Below are positions 27,532-37,090 of a stretch of DNA of 64,000 nucleotides, piece after piece. The position numbers and the translations under genes were made by a program. The DNA comes from a virus (taxonomy: Duplodnaviria; Heunggongvirae; Uroviricota; Caudoviricetes). The notes under the pieces are model-generated. The model did no database searches. It was given only the letters and a program-made list of their open reading frames with translations, and had not been told where the DNA came from. The DNA is taken from the IMG/VR virus record IMGVR_UViG_3300046791_000283, positions 1 to 64,000 of that record; one strand, written 5' to 3'. Position 1 is the first letter of the stretch. Each line of letters begins with the position of its first letter.

Positions 27532-28004
27532 AGAAAATAACTGATTTTACTAAAGCAACCAGAGCGGACTTCGATGAAATCCGCAAGGCTATTATGGATG
27601 CACTCAAGCCGGTAGGCGATGCGAGTGGAATTGTGTTCAAATTCACAGGCAAGCTGAGCTATTCAGAGGGCTCCTTTGATGTGAAGATCACAGCCAGCGC
27701 AGTTCAATCCGATGGAACCGTATCAACGCCCGAGAGTGAAAGATTCAAACGCTATGCAACCATGTTTGGATTCAAACCAACCGATCTATTCACAACGTGT
27801 AAACTGAATGGTGAAGAATTCAAAATCATTGGTTTGAAACAATATCAGGGTAAACAGCCTGTGATATTACAGAAAATCAGCGATGGAAAAATCTATTCTG
27901 GAAGCACACAGGCCGTGAAGCACGCACTCGGAAGAGTCTCCGATATAGATTTTACTAAACCCTCTGGTGGAGGCAAAGCACTGAGAAGCCAAATGAAAGG
28001 TTAA
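27528..28004 (+). CDS. hypothetical protein
   Basis: 158 aa; stop codon TAA inside stem I of HH8. Confidence 0.6.
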   Translation: MKKITDFTKATRADFDEIRKAIMDALKPVGDASGIVFKFTGKLSYSEGSFDVKITASAVQSDGTVSTPESERFKRYATMFGFKPTDLFTTCKLNGEEFKIIGLKQYQGKQPVILQKISDGKIYSGSTQAVKHALGRVSDIDFTKPSGGGKALRSQMKG

Positions 28005-28050
28005 CTGAAGAGGATTGATTATCCGAAACCTCCACGAGGAGGTCTTAACC
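27999..28050 (+). ncRNA. type I hammerhead ribozyme HH8
   Basis: GGTTAA-CUGAAGA-[GGAT-tgatt-ATCC]-GAAA-[ACCTCC-acga-GGAGGT]-C | TTAACC; cleavage after 28044. Confidence 0.85.
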
Positions 28051-28066
28051 AAACGAATCGAAGGCT

Positions 28067-28270
28067 ATGGAATGTCATAAATGTAAAACCCAAACGATGA
28101 TCGGAGTAGAACTTCAGTTCGCTGATTATCCTAAATTCTACAATACCGAATGCACACAGTGTGGATTCAGTAATGGTATTGATTGGCCTGATTTCAATGC
28201 TCTGAGAGAATTGGGTGTTGAGAAAGTCCGTCTACTCGATGGATCGTTTTTGAATTTAATGGAAGATTAA
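28067..28270 (+). CDS. zinc-ribbon protein
   Basis: CHKC...CTQC. Confidence 0.5.
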   Translation: MECHKCKTQTMIGVELQFADYPKFYNTECTQCGFSNGIDWPDFNALRELGVEKVRLLDGSFLNLMED

Positions 28271-28272
28271 AG

Positions 28273-28596
28273 ATGATGGAAATACATCTACGTACACGAC
28301 AAACTAACAGAGCAGACGAAGTGATGATCCAGATAAAGGAATTTCTGGAAGCAGGGAAACCTGTGTTCGTTGCTATGCGAGATGAAGTTGACTTGACTCG
28401 GTTTAAGGATCGACTCAAGCGCTATGAAATTGAATGTGAAATAATGGAGTTCTGGGATCCAACTAAAGATGGATTATCTTCTCGTGGTCACATGGGTCAC
28501 GTGTACGATGAACTCACTGGAGAAACTTATTTAACACCACCTGAGCCGCCAAGGCTTAGAGGTATAACACTAAAACCGAAGTCTACAAACCCTTAA
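28273..28596 (+). CDS. hypothetical protein
   Basis: 107 aa. Confidence 0.55.
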   Translation: MMEIHLRTRQTNRADEVMIQIKEFLEAGKPVFVAMRDEVDLTRFKDRLKRYEIECEIMEFWDPTKDGLSSRGHMGHVYDELTGETYLTPPEPPRLRGITLKPKSTNP

Positions 28597-28605
28597 TAAT
28601 CCCCT

Positions 28606-30465
28606 ATGGCAAAGAAAAATAGTCACATTACCGTAACAGATCAATTCTGTGGCGCTGGAGGATCTTCGCAAGGAGTCCGTCTGGTAGCACGGGAGAAGAA
28701 ACTCAATACCGGCCTTGAAGTCAAGTTGGCTATGAACCATTGGCCGCTCGCCATTGAAACCCACAATACCAATTTTCCAGATACCGATCACGTGTGCACA
28801 GATATTTCAGCCTGTGATCCTCGGAGGTATCACAGTACAGATATTCTAATCACCTCACCCGAATGTACCGTGCACAGCCCAGCTGGTGGAGGACAGGCGA
28901 AAAAGAAAATGTATGGCAATCAACTCCATACCTCAGGGAAACTTATGTCCGAGATAGCCGAGGAGCGATCCCGTGCTACCATGTGGGATGTTTGCCGTTT
29001 CACTGAGTATCACCGTTACAATATTATTATCGTGGAAAACGTAGTCGAGGCCCGAACCAAATGGGTTCTATTCGACACCTGGTTAATGGCGATGACAAAC
29101 CTCGGCTATGACCACGAAATAAAATACATAAACAGCATGCACGCACATCCGACACCGCAATCACGCGACCGGATGTACTGCGTATTCTGGAAGAAAGGAA
29201 ACAAGAAACCAAATTTGAATCATACCCCTGTGGCTCCGTGCCACAAGTGTTTGAAAACCGTTGAGGCCTACCAGTGGTTTAAACCCCGTGGTAAGCGTAC
29301 CAACCTTCCAGAGAATCATGGGAAATACCGGACTCAGTATTTGTTTAAATGTCCGGACTGTAATTCCGTAGTGGAACCGTACTTCTATGCTGCCTTCAAT
29401 TGTATCGACTGGTCTAAGCCAGGCACACGGATTGGAGATCGTAAGAAACCGCTGAGCCCTAAAACCGAAGTCCGTTGTCAATACGGAGTCGATAAGTTTT
29501 GGGATGAGCCGAGCTTCATTAATGTGAAGTTCTCTTCAGGCGTGGACTTCCGGGTGAAGCCTGTAGCGGGAGAACCTCTGACTACACAGCCGGGAGATGC
29601 TGCAGTTGGGATATTGAATCCGATGATCATTTCATCCAGATACATTCAAGGAATAGGGAACCGCGTGAAGTCAAGTGAACAGGCCTTACCAGTGCAAGTG
29701 ACAGACGGGCGGGAGTCCGTCCTTACGCCTCCTCCGCTGATCATTGGTACGCAGTACAGCAAAGAAGCCAGAGGGGTTGAAAAGAGTTCGCTCGATCCAC
29801 TCAGGGTTCAAACAACGATCACTGACAACGCATTGGTTACACCTCCGCTAATCCTTGACGGTGGATGGAGTGAAGCCAAACCCCGTGTGGACGATGCCTC
29901 GAAGGAACCGATATCAGTACAGGACACTGGGCAGACCAAGGGTGTGGTGATGCCAATGCTGATTAAAAACTATAGTGGGAAGCACAATCCAATCGCTCCA
30001 TCGGAGCAACCTATGGCTTCTGTTACCGCTCAGGATCACCACGGACTTTTGAACGTGCCATTGGTAGTGAATAACCATGGCCAGAGTATGTCAAAGCCAT
30101 CAGCGAATGAGTTGCCATCGCAGACAACGCATCCGAAGTCCGGTATACTTACGGCTGAAAGTTTCAATAGCTTTATATCGTATTTCTACGGTGGATCGAA
30201 TGTAGCCAGCCATATAACCGAAGCCATGCGCACAGTGAGTACAAAGGAGCGGGCCATGCTAATCAATCAGCCGTACGTGAAACCAAGGCTTGAGGATTGT
30301 TTCTATCGGATGCTACTGCCAAATGAGATTCAACTCGGGATGGCCTTCGATGCGGATTACGTAGTCCTGGGGGACTCGAAGCAAAAGGTTAAGCAGTTGG
30401 GTAACGCGGTTACACCTCCGGTAATGAAGTTTTTAGTAGAACGTTGTGTCGAATCACTTTTATAA
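28606..30465 (+). CDS. DNA (cytosine-5)-methyltransferase with large target-recognition insert
   Basis: Motif I FCGAGGSSQG, PC-like TSPECT, ENV (IIVENVVEA), motif X GNAVTPPV. Confidence 0.85.
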   Translation: MAKKNSHITVTDQFCGAGGSSQGVRLVAREKKLNTGLEVKLAMNHWPLAIETHNTNFPDTDHVCTDISACDPRRYHSTDILITSPECTVHSPAGGGQAKKKMYGNQLHTSGKLMSEIAEERSRATMWDVCRFTEYHRYNIIIVENVVEARTKWVLFDTWLMAMTNLGYDHEIKYINSMHAHPTPQSRDRMYCVFWKKGNKKPNLNHTPVAPCHKCLKTVEAYQWFKPRGKRTNLPENHGKYRTQYLFKCPDCNSVVEPYFYAAFNCIDWSKPGTRIGDRKKPLSPKTEVRCQYGVDKFWDEPSFINVKFSSGVDFRVKPVAGEPLTTQPGDAAVGILNPMIISSRYIQGIGNRVKSSEQALPVQVTDGRESVLTPPPLIIGTQYSKEARGVEKSSLDPLRVQTTITDNALVTPPLILDGGWSEAKPRVDDASKEPISVQDTGQTKGVVMPMLIKNYSGKHNPIAPSEQPMASVTAQDHHGLLNVPLVVNNHGQSMSKPSANELPSQTTHPKSGILTAESFNSFISYFYGGSNVASHITEAMRTVSTKERAMLINQPYVKPRLEDCFYRMLLPNEIQLGMAFDADYVVLGDSKQKVKQLGNAVTPPVMKFLVERCVESLL

Positions 30466-30860
30466 CTATGGAAAATCTAACTAAAGAACAGGCGATCGAA
30501 GCCATGAAGCAGGGTAAGCGAGTTACCCATAGATACTTTGATGATGTCGAATTTATCGCTATGAACTCAAAGGGGATGATAGTATTTGAAGACGGTGTTA
30601 TATCTGTAGACCCTGAGGAGTTTTGGAAATGGAGAACCAGTCATTTATTTGATAACGGCTGGACTATTCTGCCAAACCCTGAGAGTAAACCAAAAATATT
30701 AACCATCTCAGGAACCGCAGAAGATTTTGAGGCCCTGAAAGATGCTGTCGTATTCTCTATGAATTGGGATGATGATCATCCGGAATACCGGAATGATCCT
30801 GAGAAGCGATTGAAGGTATGGCATGGTAAAATCGTTGAACGCTTAACCCTTAACAAATGA
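30444..30860 (+). CDS. hypothetical protein
   Basis: 138 aa. Confidence 0.55.
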   Translation: MCRITFITMENLTKEQAIEAMKQGKRVTHRYFDDVEFIAMNSKGMIVFEDGVISVDPEEFWKWRTSHLFDNGWTILPNPESKPKILTISGTAEDFEALKDAVVFSMNWDDDHPEYRNDPEKRLKVWHGKIVERLTLNK

Positions 30861-31471
30861 AAATACTCGTATGTGGAATGGGGCGCTGTGGCACCTCGTT
30901 GATGATGAAAATGCTATACAGGGCCGGTATACCCGTGTACTGTGATCCCGATAGCCTTGGCACTGGATATGAATCAGAAAATATTCAATCGTTGCCAAAG
31001 AACACCGCCTGGTGGGATGAGGTCGAGGGTAAGGCGATAAAGCTTCTTGATATCCATCGGTGGACCCCGCCAGCACCACAGATGCCAGAGGAGAAGTACG
31101 TGATCATTTGGATGCACCGTAATCTAACCGAACAAGCAAAATCACAGATCAAACTGGCTAGTTTCTTCCTACAGCAGCATTGCGATTGGTCAAGACCAAA
31201 CGTGCGTGCATGGAAACGTAAGCTGGAAACTCAGACGCGTGTATCGGAGGAGATAATCAGTCGGTTCAGTCAATCGATATTGGCAGTTCCTTTTGAAGCA
31301 CTCATTGAATATCCAGAGGCCACTTGTTTAGATGTTGCCTTTTACTTGAAGGAAACCGGTGTGATTCCCGAAGGAATGGTTCAGGAATCAGCGAAGAAAA
31401 TGTACTCAGCTGTTTTGAAGAGAAGCTCAAAGTGTTTGCACGAATTACTTGAACTAAACCAAATCCGATGA
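30857..31471 (+). CDS. P-loop sulfotransferase-like protein
   Basis: N-terminal ILVCGMGRCGTSLM resembles the sulfotransferase 5'-PSB loop; RNLTEQAKS resembles the 3'-PB motif. Confidence 0.4.
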   Translation: MKILVCGMGRCGTSLMMKMLYRAGIPVYCDPDSLGTGYESENIQSLPKNTAWWDEVEGKAIKLLDIHRWTPPAPQMPEEKYVIIWMHRNLTEQAKSQIKLASFFLQQHCDWSRPNVRAWKRKLETQTRVSEEIISRFSQSILAVPFEALIEYPEATCLDVAFYLKETGVIPEGMVQESAKKMYSAVLKRSSKCLHELLELNQIR

Positions 31472-31848
31472 GAGCCCTTGTAATCGATGAGGCCGCTAAG
31501 GCCAAAGTAGCCACGATGGTTGAGTACGCTGAGCAACATCCATTCAGTATGGATGATCTTCTAGACATTCACAACAAACAATTGGATCCCGCTGGATATC
31601 GGCCAGGTCATTGCGTCCACCTGGATCACGGATTCCGAATTGTGTACTGCATAGAAAACCAAGTTGTTGGACGTATTCGCCATCTCAGCGTTTGCGTTGA
31701 TGCGGATCACGCTCTACCGAATCCAGCGATGGTAAAGGTGATCATGGAACTCATTGGATTCAAAAACGAATTAGAACGATGTGAAGTAAAGATGGAGGAT
31801 ACGAGTCCGGTACGCAAGGCAGTTAACATACTTGAAATCATTAAGTAA
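31468..31848 (+). CDS. hypothetical protein
   Basis: 126 aa. Confidence 0.5.
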   Translation: MRALVIDEAAKAKVATMVEYAEQHPFSMDDLLDIHNKQLDPAGYRPGHCVHLDHGFRIVYCIENQVVGRIRHLSVCVDADHALPNPAMVKVIMELIGFKNELERCEVKMEDTSPVRKAVNILEIIK

Positions 31849-32212
31849 TATGGACTGGGTAAGACTTTCAGAAATAGAGATAGAACTTTTTCGGGAGGCC
31901 CGTAAGTATTGGCCTGTGCTATCAGCCGAAGAAATACACTGTATTGATTTTCCTAACCACACTACTGAATTCATTGAGTTTGTTAATTCTCAGATCCGGA
32001 AACGTCCAAAGTTTGATAAAAATAAATTATCTGTTAAGGCTGTTGGCCAATTCGACTGGGTATTTGAATACGATGGTATTGGAAGATCACCATTGTTATC
32101 AAGACCATTAGTAGCTGAGTCGAAGAGAAAGAAGCTAACCAGAGTACAAGCTCTGATATTTATAATCAAGGAATCCGAATACATTGAATTTGAAACCATA
32201 GGCCATGAGTAG
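31832..32212 (+). CDS. hypothetical protein
   Basis: 126 aa. Confidence 0.5.
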   Translation: MKSLSNMDWVRLSEIEIELFREARKYWPVLSAEEIHCIDFPNHTTEFIEFVNSQIRKRPKFDKNKLSVKAVGQFDWVFEYDGIGRSPLLSRPLVAESKRKKLTRVQALIFIIKESEYIEFETIGHE

Positions 32213-32350
32213 ATATAAATCGCAGCCTGAATATTGGGCACTGAGGTATCTCCGCAAAATGTATCATTGGAGCCTACCTGCGTACAAACCACATCTGAGT
32301 ATTGATAACAAACCATTGGTTGAAAAGCCAAGCAAACCACTAACCAGAGT

Positions 32351-34363
32351 ATGACATTTCAACTCAATAGATTCATAGTATCCGATGTGTTCGATCCAAC
32401 GACCGGACTGGAAAGTATTCCCGATGGAATAGCGGACTGCATCGTAACCAGCCCACCCTATTGGGGTAAGCGTGACTACCGAACCGGAATCTGGTTGAAC
32501 GGTGATCCAAAGTGTGATCACATGCCATCCTCGACTCCAAATGAACGCGGGCTGGCCTCCTCCACACTCAGTGGAGGAAAGAAGTCAACGGGTCACCGCC
32601 AGGAGGGCTTCAAAGGCAGTTGTCCCCGCTGCGGAGCCATCCGGATTGATAAACAACTCGGACTCGAAAAGACTCCAGAGGAATTCATTCAGCGGATGGT
32701 TATCGTATTCCGAGAATGCAAACGAATTCTAAAACCACATGGAACCCTGTGGATCAATATCGGTGATACCTACTGGTCGGGTAAGGGTAAGTCTGGAGCC
32801 GCATGGGATAAGTATAATAATTCTGGTCACATAAATTACAAAGGACAATCGTACGCGGGCTATGGTGAGACCAGACCACAGGACGGTAAGCATCCGATTA
32901 TAAAACCGAAGGATCTCGTAGGAATTCCTTGGAAATTAGCCGAAGCCCTCAGGGCACCATTCTATACTGGTAGAATAACAAATGAACTCGATAGAGTTTG
33001 GATGGCGGCAATGATTGATGGAGAGGGTTGTTTTTTTATTCATAAACGGAAAGCAGGAACCTCATCATATTCAAAATTTAAAAAAGTTGATGGGACTGAG
33101 AATACTTATTTGCGTACAAAAGACACGTATAGTGCAGGGCTAGAAATAACCAATACAGATGAAGCAATCATAAGGCGTATAAAAGATGTTACAGGTTTAG
33201 GCACCATCACAATCCAAACCCCATCACAAAATACTAGACGTGTACAAACCCTATACAGATGGCGTGTTTCTCCAAATGAAGCAAAAAGAATTGCTCAAGA
33301 AACTTATCCTTATCTTATAGGTAAACAACATCAAGCAAGACTTATATTTAATTGCCAGTCAAGTGGTGACTTAGCCTCGCAAGCCCATCAAGCAATTTTA
33401 GATTTACATAATGGAATTAATCCAAAAATTGATTTTCCAGCACCACCTTCTCTATTTGAACCAGGTTGGTATTTAAGGTCTGAGATTATATGGGCAAAAC
33501 GCAATCCGATGCCGGAAAGTGCACAGGATCGCTGCACAAGTTCACATGAACATATTTTCATGCTGTCTAAATCAAAGTCCTATTACTTCGATCGCGTTGC
33601 CATAGCCGAGGAGGTCAAGGACTCCACAGTGAAGCGAACCGCTCAGGATGTAGAGAATCAGAAGGGAAGCGATCGGGCCTACGAAGGCAAGCGACACAAT
33701 GGGCCGATGAAAGCCGTGGTGTCAAAGCACATGAACGTACCGAAGGGATGGGATACTGGTTCAGGTAGTCACGGGAATTTTCACTCCGAAGGAAGGCGTA
33801 AGGATTATGATCATCGCGGAGGTGGAAAGGATAACAAGTTAAGTAAGCATAATGGTAATCTGGACGAGGATGGTAATCTGATCGGAGACGGTATTGCTAA
33901 TAAGCGCGATGTCTGGTCGATGAGTACTCAACCCTATAAGGGCGATCACTTTGCCACATTCCCAGAGGAACTTCCAAGGAATTGTATTCTGGCCGGTACA
34001 TCGGCTAAAGGAAATTGTCCGCACTGTGGTAAGCCTTGGGTACGAATCAGTAAAAAAGAGTTTGTTACCCGCGATGCTACTGAAAGAGAACCAGAGAGAG
34101 ATGATTTAATAAAGCACGGATTACCCAGAGGAGAAAATATTGTGCGGACTATCGGCTGGAAGCCATCGTGTAAATGCAATAAACCCGGAGAACTCACACG
34201 GCCAGTTGTATTCGATCCCTTTGGAGGCACTGGCACAACACCCGTTGTAGCCGATCAACTCGGTAGGGACTGGTTGGCCATGGAGCTTTCGCAGGATTCG
34301 ACCAATCAGGCACACCGGAAATTAAGAAACAAATTAGGTCCACTGTTAACTCAAAACTTATAA
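32351..34363 (+). CDS. beta-class DNA methyltransferase (N6-adenine or N4-cytosine) carrying an in-frame LAGLIDADG-like insertion
   Basis: Motif IV TSPPY near the N-terminus and motif I FDPFGGTGTT near the C-terminus; EIIWAKRNPMPES and HEHIFMLSKS are typical of beta-class MTases. Confidence 0.8.
   Translation: MTFQLNRFIVSDVFDPTTGLESIPDGIADCIVTSPPYWGKRDYRTGIWLNGDPKCDHMPSSTPNERGLASSTLSGGKKSTGHRQEGFKGSCPRCGAIRIDKQLGLEKTPEEFIQRMVIVFRECKRILKPHGTLWINIGDTYWSGKGKSGAAWDKYNNSGHINYKGQSYAGYGETRPQDGKHPIIKPKDLVGIPWKLAEALRAPFYTGRITNELDRVWMAAMIDGEGCFFIHKRKAGTSSYSKFKKVDGTENTYLRTKDTYSAGLEITNTDEAIIRRIKDVTGLGTITIQTPSQNTRRVQTLYRWRVSPNEAKRIAQETYPYLIGKQHQARLIFNCQSSGDLASQAHQAILDLHNGINPKIDFPAPPSLFEPGWYLRSEIIWAKRNPMPESAQDRCTSSHEHIFMLSKSKSYYFDRVAIAEEVKDSTVKRTAQDVENQKGSDRAYEGKRHNGPMKAVVSKHMNVPKGWDTGSGSHGNFHSEGRRKDYDHRGGGKDNKLSKHNGNLDEDGNLIGDGIANKRDVWSMSTQPYKGDHFATFPEELPRNCILAGTSAKGNCPHCGKPWVRISKKEFVTRDATEREPERDDLIKHGLPRGENIVRTIGWKPSCKCNKPGELTRPVVFDPFGGTGTTPVVADQLGRDWLAMELSQDSTNQAHRKLRNKLGPLLTQNL
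32990..33480 (+). other. LAGLIDADG-like domain inserted in-frame in the methyltransferase; AT-rich patch
   Basis: WMAAMIDGEGCFFIH resembles LAGLIDADG; segment sits between the conserved GIPWKLAEALRA and GWYLRSEIIW blocks; local AT content clearly above flanks. Confidence 0.5.
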
Positions 34364-34365
34364 CT

Positions 34366-35658
34366 ATGAGCTACGATAATTTCAAATGCTGGTTTCGGAT
34401 CCGGGAGAAAAAATCCCCGGATATCGAAGTCGTTGTTACAACCGCTATTAAAAAGAAAACCGGTTCCTCTAAAGTAGAGGGCATGCGTACCCTTGGTATG
34501 GCAATCCCCGAGGGAGCCCGTTGGGGAGGAAAGAAAGATTGGGTAATCGGTATCGATGATGAGAGCCTCCAGATTAACCAGGCGCTCAGCACGATCAAAA
34601 AAGGTCTGCACACCCGTTACCTTAAAATGAAGAATGACAAACAGATGGAGCCCATACCGGTTGATGTCATTCGGGCTTACTTCGATGAAACCTCCACTGT
34701 GTCCAAAGGACTCATCGAACTCATCGATGAGTACCTGTTAGCAAAACGATTGGCTATTAACACAGCCAAGGTCTATCAGTTGAATATTCGAAGTCTATTG
34801 ACTCGATTTATTCCAACTGAATTCCAAACACCCGATGTAAGCATTGAACGCATCGATACTCCGTTCCTATACCGGCTGGAGATATTCATCCGCAAGTCAC
34901 CGAAAAGTAAAAGTGGAAAGCCGTTCGCTGAGAGTACGATTCGTGAATACATTGGTAAGGTAAAGGCGATTGTAGAGTACGCGATCAGCGTGGGATATGT
35001 ACGTGAACGATTAACCGAACAGTATCAGGCGAAGAAGTTTGGTAAGATTGAAAACCAATCGTTTGAACGTCTTGTGAGTCCGGATGATTTATTAAAGATT
35101 GAAACAATCGAGGTCCCCGCACCAGGCAATCCTATGAAACAGAAATACCATAGGTACGTTGTCAAGAAATGGCGTATGCGATTACTCTTTCTATTTCAAC
35201 GCTGGACCGGACTCTCTTATGCCGATCTGGTTGCCATCGGTAGTAATATCCGTAATCACATTCAAACCGATATGTCCGGGAAGAAAAGCATTGTGTATCA
35301 AAGGCAGAAGAGTGGAGTCATGGCGATCATCCCATTGTTTCCACAGACCGAAGCCCTCCTGGAGAAACTCGAATACAATATCTATCCGATGGAAACCTAT
35401 GAGGCTACGTACGGGACGGTCAGAAGTATGTTCAAGTGGTATGGATTCCCCTACTGGAAAGAAGTTGGTACGCACACCGGCCGACACGTTTTCGGAATTG
35501 AAATGCTTACGATGGGATTTAGTATGGAGGCTGTATCCCGGATGATGGGTCACCAGAATATTGAGGAGACTCAGAAGGTTTATGCGAGAATCGATATGAC
35601 TAAAATCAATGTTGATTTGGATCGGATTAATCTGCGAATCAAAATCACAGGTAGTTAA
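34366..35658 (+). CDS. int: tyrosine recombinase / integrase (Bacteroidota-type, long N-terminal arm domain)
   Basis: GTHTGRHVF (R..HxxR) and HQNIEETQKVYARI (catalytic Tyr). Confidence 0.85.
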   Translation: MSYDNFKCWFRIREKKSPDIEVVVTTAIKKKTGSSKVEGMRTLGMAIPEGARWGGKKDWVIGIDDESLQINQALSTIKKGLHTRYLKMKNDKQMEPIPVDVIRAYFDETSTVSKGLIELIDEYLLAKRLAINTAKVYQLNIRSLLTRFIPTEFQTPDVSIERIDTPFLYRLEIFIRKSPKSKSGKPFAESTIREYIGKVKAIVEYAISVGYVRERLTEQYQAKKFGKIENQSFERLVSPDDLLKIETIEVPAPGNPMKQKYHRYVVKKWRMRLLFLFQRWTGLSYADLVAIGSNIRNHIQTDMSGKKSIVYQRQKSGVMAIIPLFPQTEALLEKLEYNIYPMETYEATYGTVRSMFKWYGFPYWKEVGTHTGRHVFGIEMLTMGFSMEAVSRMMGHQNIEETQKVYARIDMTKINVDLDRINLRIKITGS

Positions 35659-35685
35659 TATTATAAACAAACTAAATTTAAAATT

Positions 35686-36153
35686 ATGGGATTAGACACA
35701 TCACACGGAGCTTGGCATGGTGCCTACTCTGCATTTATGACTTGGAGAGAAGAAATAGCAAAATGTATTGGTATACCACTTCGTTTAATGGAGGGTTTTT
35801 ATCCAAAAAAAGACGATGATTTTGATAGCCCAGTATCACTAATTGGTTACGCAGTAAAAAATTACCCAAGCGGGGCTACTCACCAATGGGAGAAACTTAT
35901 TGGATATTTTCCTCTTAAATGGGAGGCTTTTAAACCATCTCCACTACACGAATTACTTTATCATTCTGATTGTGACGGGGATATTAAATGGGAAAGTTGT
36001 AATGCAATAGCTGACGAGTTAGATAAAATAATTACCGAATTACCTGATCAGAATTTTGGTGGGCATGTGCAAAACATCCGAGAGAAGACACAAACTTTTA
36101 TTGATGGGTTGCGATTGGCGTACAAAAACAAAGAAAACCTTGACTTTCATTAA
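35686..36153 (+). CDS. hypothetical protein
   Basis: 155 aa. Confidence 0.55.
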   Translation: MGLDTSHGAWHGAYSAFMTWREEIAKCIGIPLRLMEGFYPKKDDDFDSPVSLIGYAVKNYPSGATHQWEKLIGYFPLKWEAFKPSPLHELLYHSDCDGDIKWESCNAIADELDKIITELPDQNFGGHVQNIREKTQTFIDGLRLAYKNKENLDFH

Positions 36154-36204
36154 CAATCAAAAGGAAACTAAGAACTTTTAACCTAAATTCGAAAACCCTT
36201 ACGT

Positions 36205-36837
36205 ATGGCCAGTATAACCCTAACTTTAGAGAAAGTCCGCAAGACCTTTGACGCTAAGGCGCATGGAGGTGAGCGGTTCAGTGGCTTCGAAGCCACCTTG
36301 GATTTAATCCAAGCAGCACATCCGACCGGAGTATTGAAGTACACAGAATTCACAATCTATGCGGAACGCTGGGGCTGGACGGTTGACCAGGTGTTCGCAT
36401 TCTTCGTGAAATTACAAGAGGTTAAAACCGTTGAGAAGGGTGAGAAGGAGGGATTCGAACTCTGCCAATCCGATGTGTACTACGATTCATGGGATGCACC
36501 GATCCGAAAGAAAAGAATCGTATGCCAAGAGGTTATCGATCTATTTAACACCGTGTTCAAACGCCAAATCGAACTGACTGATTATCGCATCGGAATCATC
36601 TGGGCACGGTTCCAGGAGGGAAAGAAATATCGGTTGAAAACTACGATCGAAAGCTTCTCCGCTGTATTCAAATTCAAACAGAAGGAATGGGGTATGGATG
36701 AAAAAATGGCTAAGCACCTGGAGATAGAAACCCTATGTGCCCGCAGTAACTTCGGGAAGTATTTGGATCAGGCCCGAGCGGCCTGGTTGAAGGATAATCC
36801 GAAACCAAAACTTAACGCCCAAGGGAGCGTATCCTGA
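36205..36837 (+). CDS. hypothetical protein; possible replication initiation/organizer by position only
   Basis: 210 aa. Confidence 0.5.
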   Translation: MASITLTLEKVRKTFDAKAHGGERFSGFEATLDLIQAAHPTGVLKYTEFTIYAERWGWTVDQVFAFFVKLQEVKTVEKGEKEGFELCQSDVYYDSWDAPIRKKRIVCQEVIDLFNTVFKRQIELTDYRIGIIWARFQEGKKYRLKTTIESFSAVFKFKQKEWGMDEKMAKHLEIETLCARSNFGKYLDQARAAWLKDNPKPKLNAQGSVS

Positions 36838-36842
36838 GTATT

Positions 36843-37040
36843 ATGAAAAAAGTCCTAATCTTCTCACTATTTGCAGTAGTTGCGTTATGTAGCTTCTCTA
36901 GCATCAAAAAACAAGTACCTACCTGTTGGGACAAAGTAGAATACAATTTGGATTTGCATCAGTGGCAGAAATGCACGTATTGCTACATTTACCCACCAGG
37001 ATTTTTGACTGTGAATTGCGTGCCTTACGAATTCGATTAA
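36843..37040 (+). CDS. small secreted Cys-rich protein
   Basis: Signal peptide MKKVLIFSLFAVVALCSFS. Confidence 0.5.
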   Translation: MKKVLIFSLFAVVALCSFSSIKKQVPTCWDKVEYNLDLHQWQKCTYCYIYPPGFLTVNCVPYEFD

Positions 37041-37044
37041 ACCT

Positions 37045-37068
37045 AAAGCCCCGAAAGGGGTTTTACTC
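37045..37068 (+). terminator. rho-independent terminator
   Basis: AAAGCCCC-gaaa-GGGGTTTT then AC. Confidence 0.5.
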
Positions 37069-37090
37069 ACTGAAATTAAATTAGCTCCTT

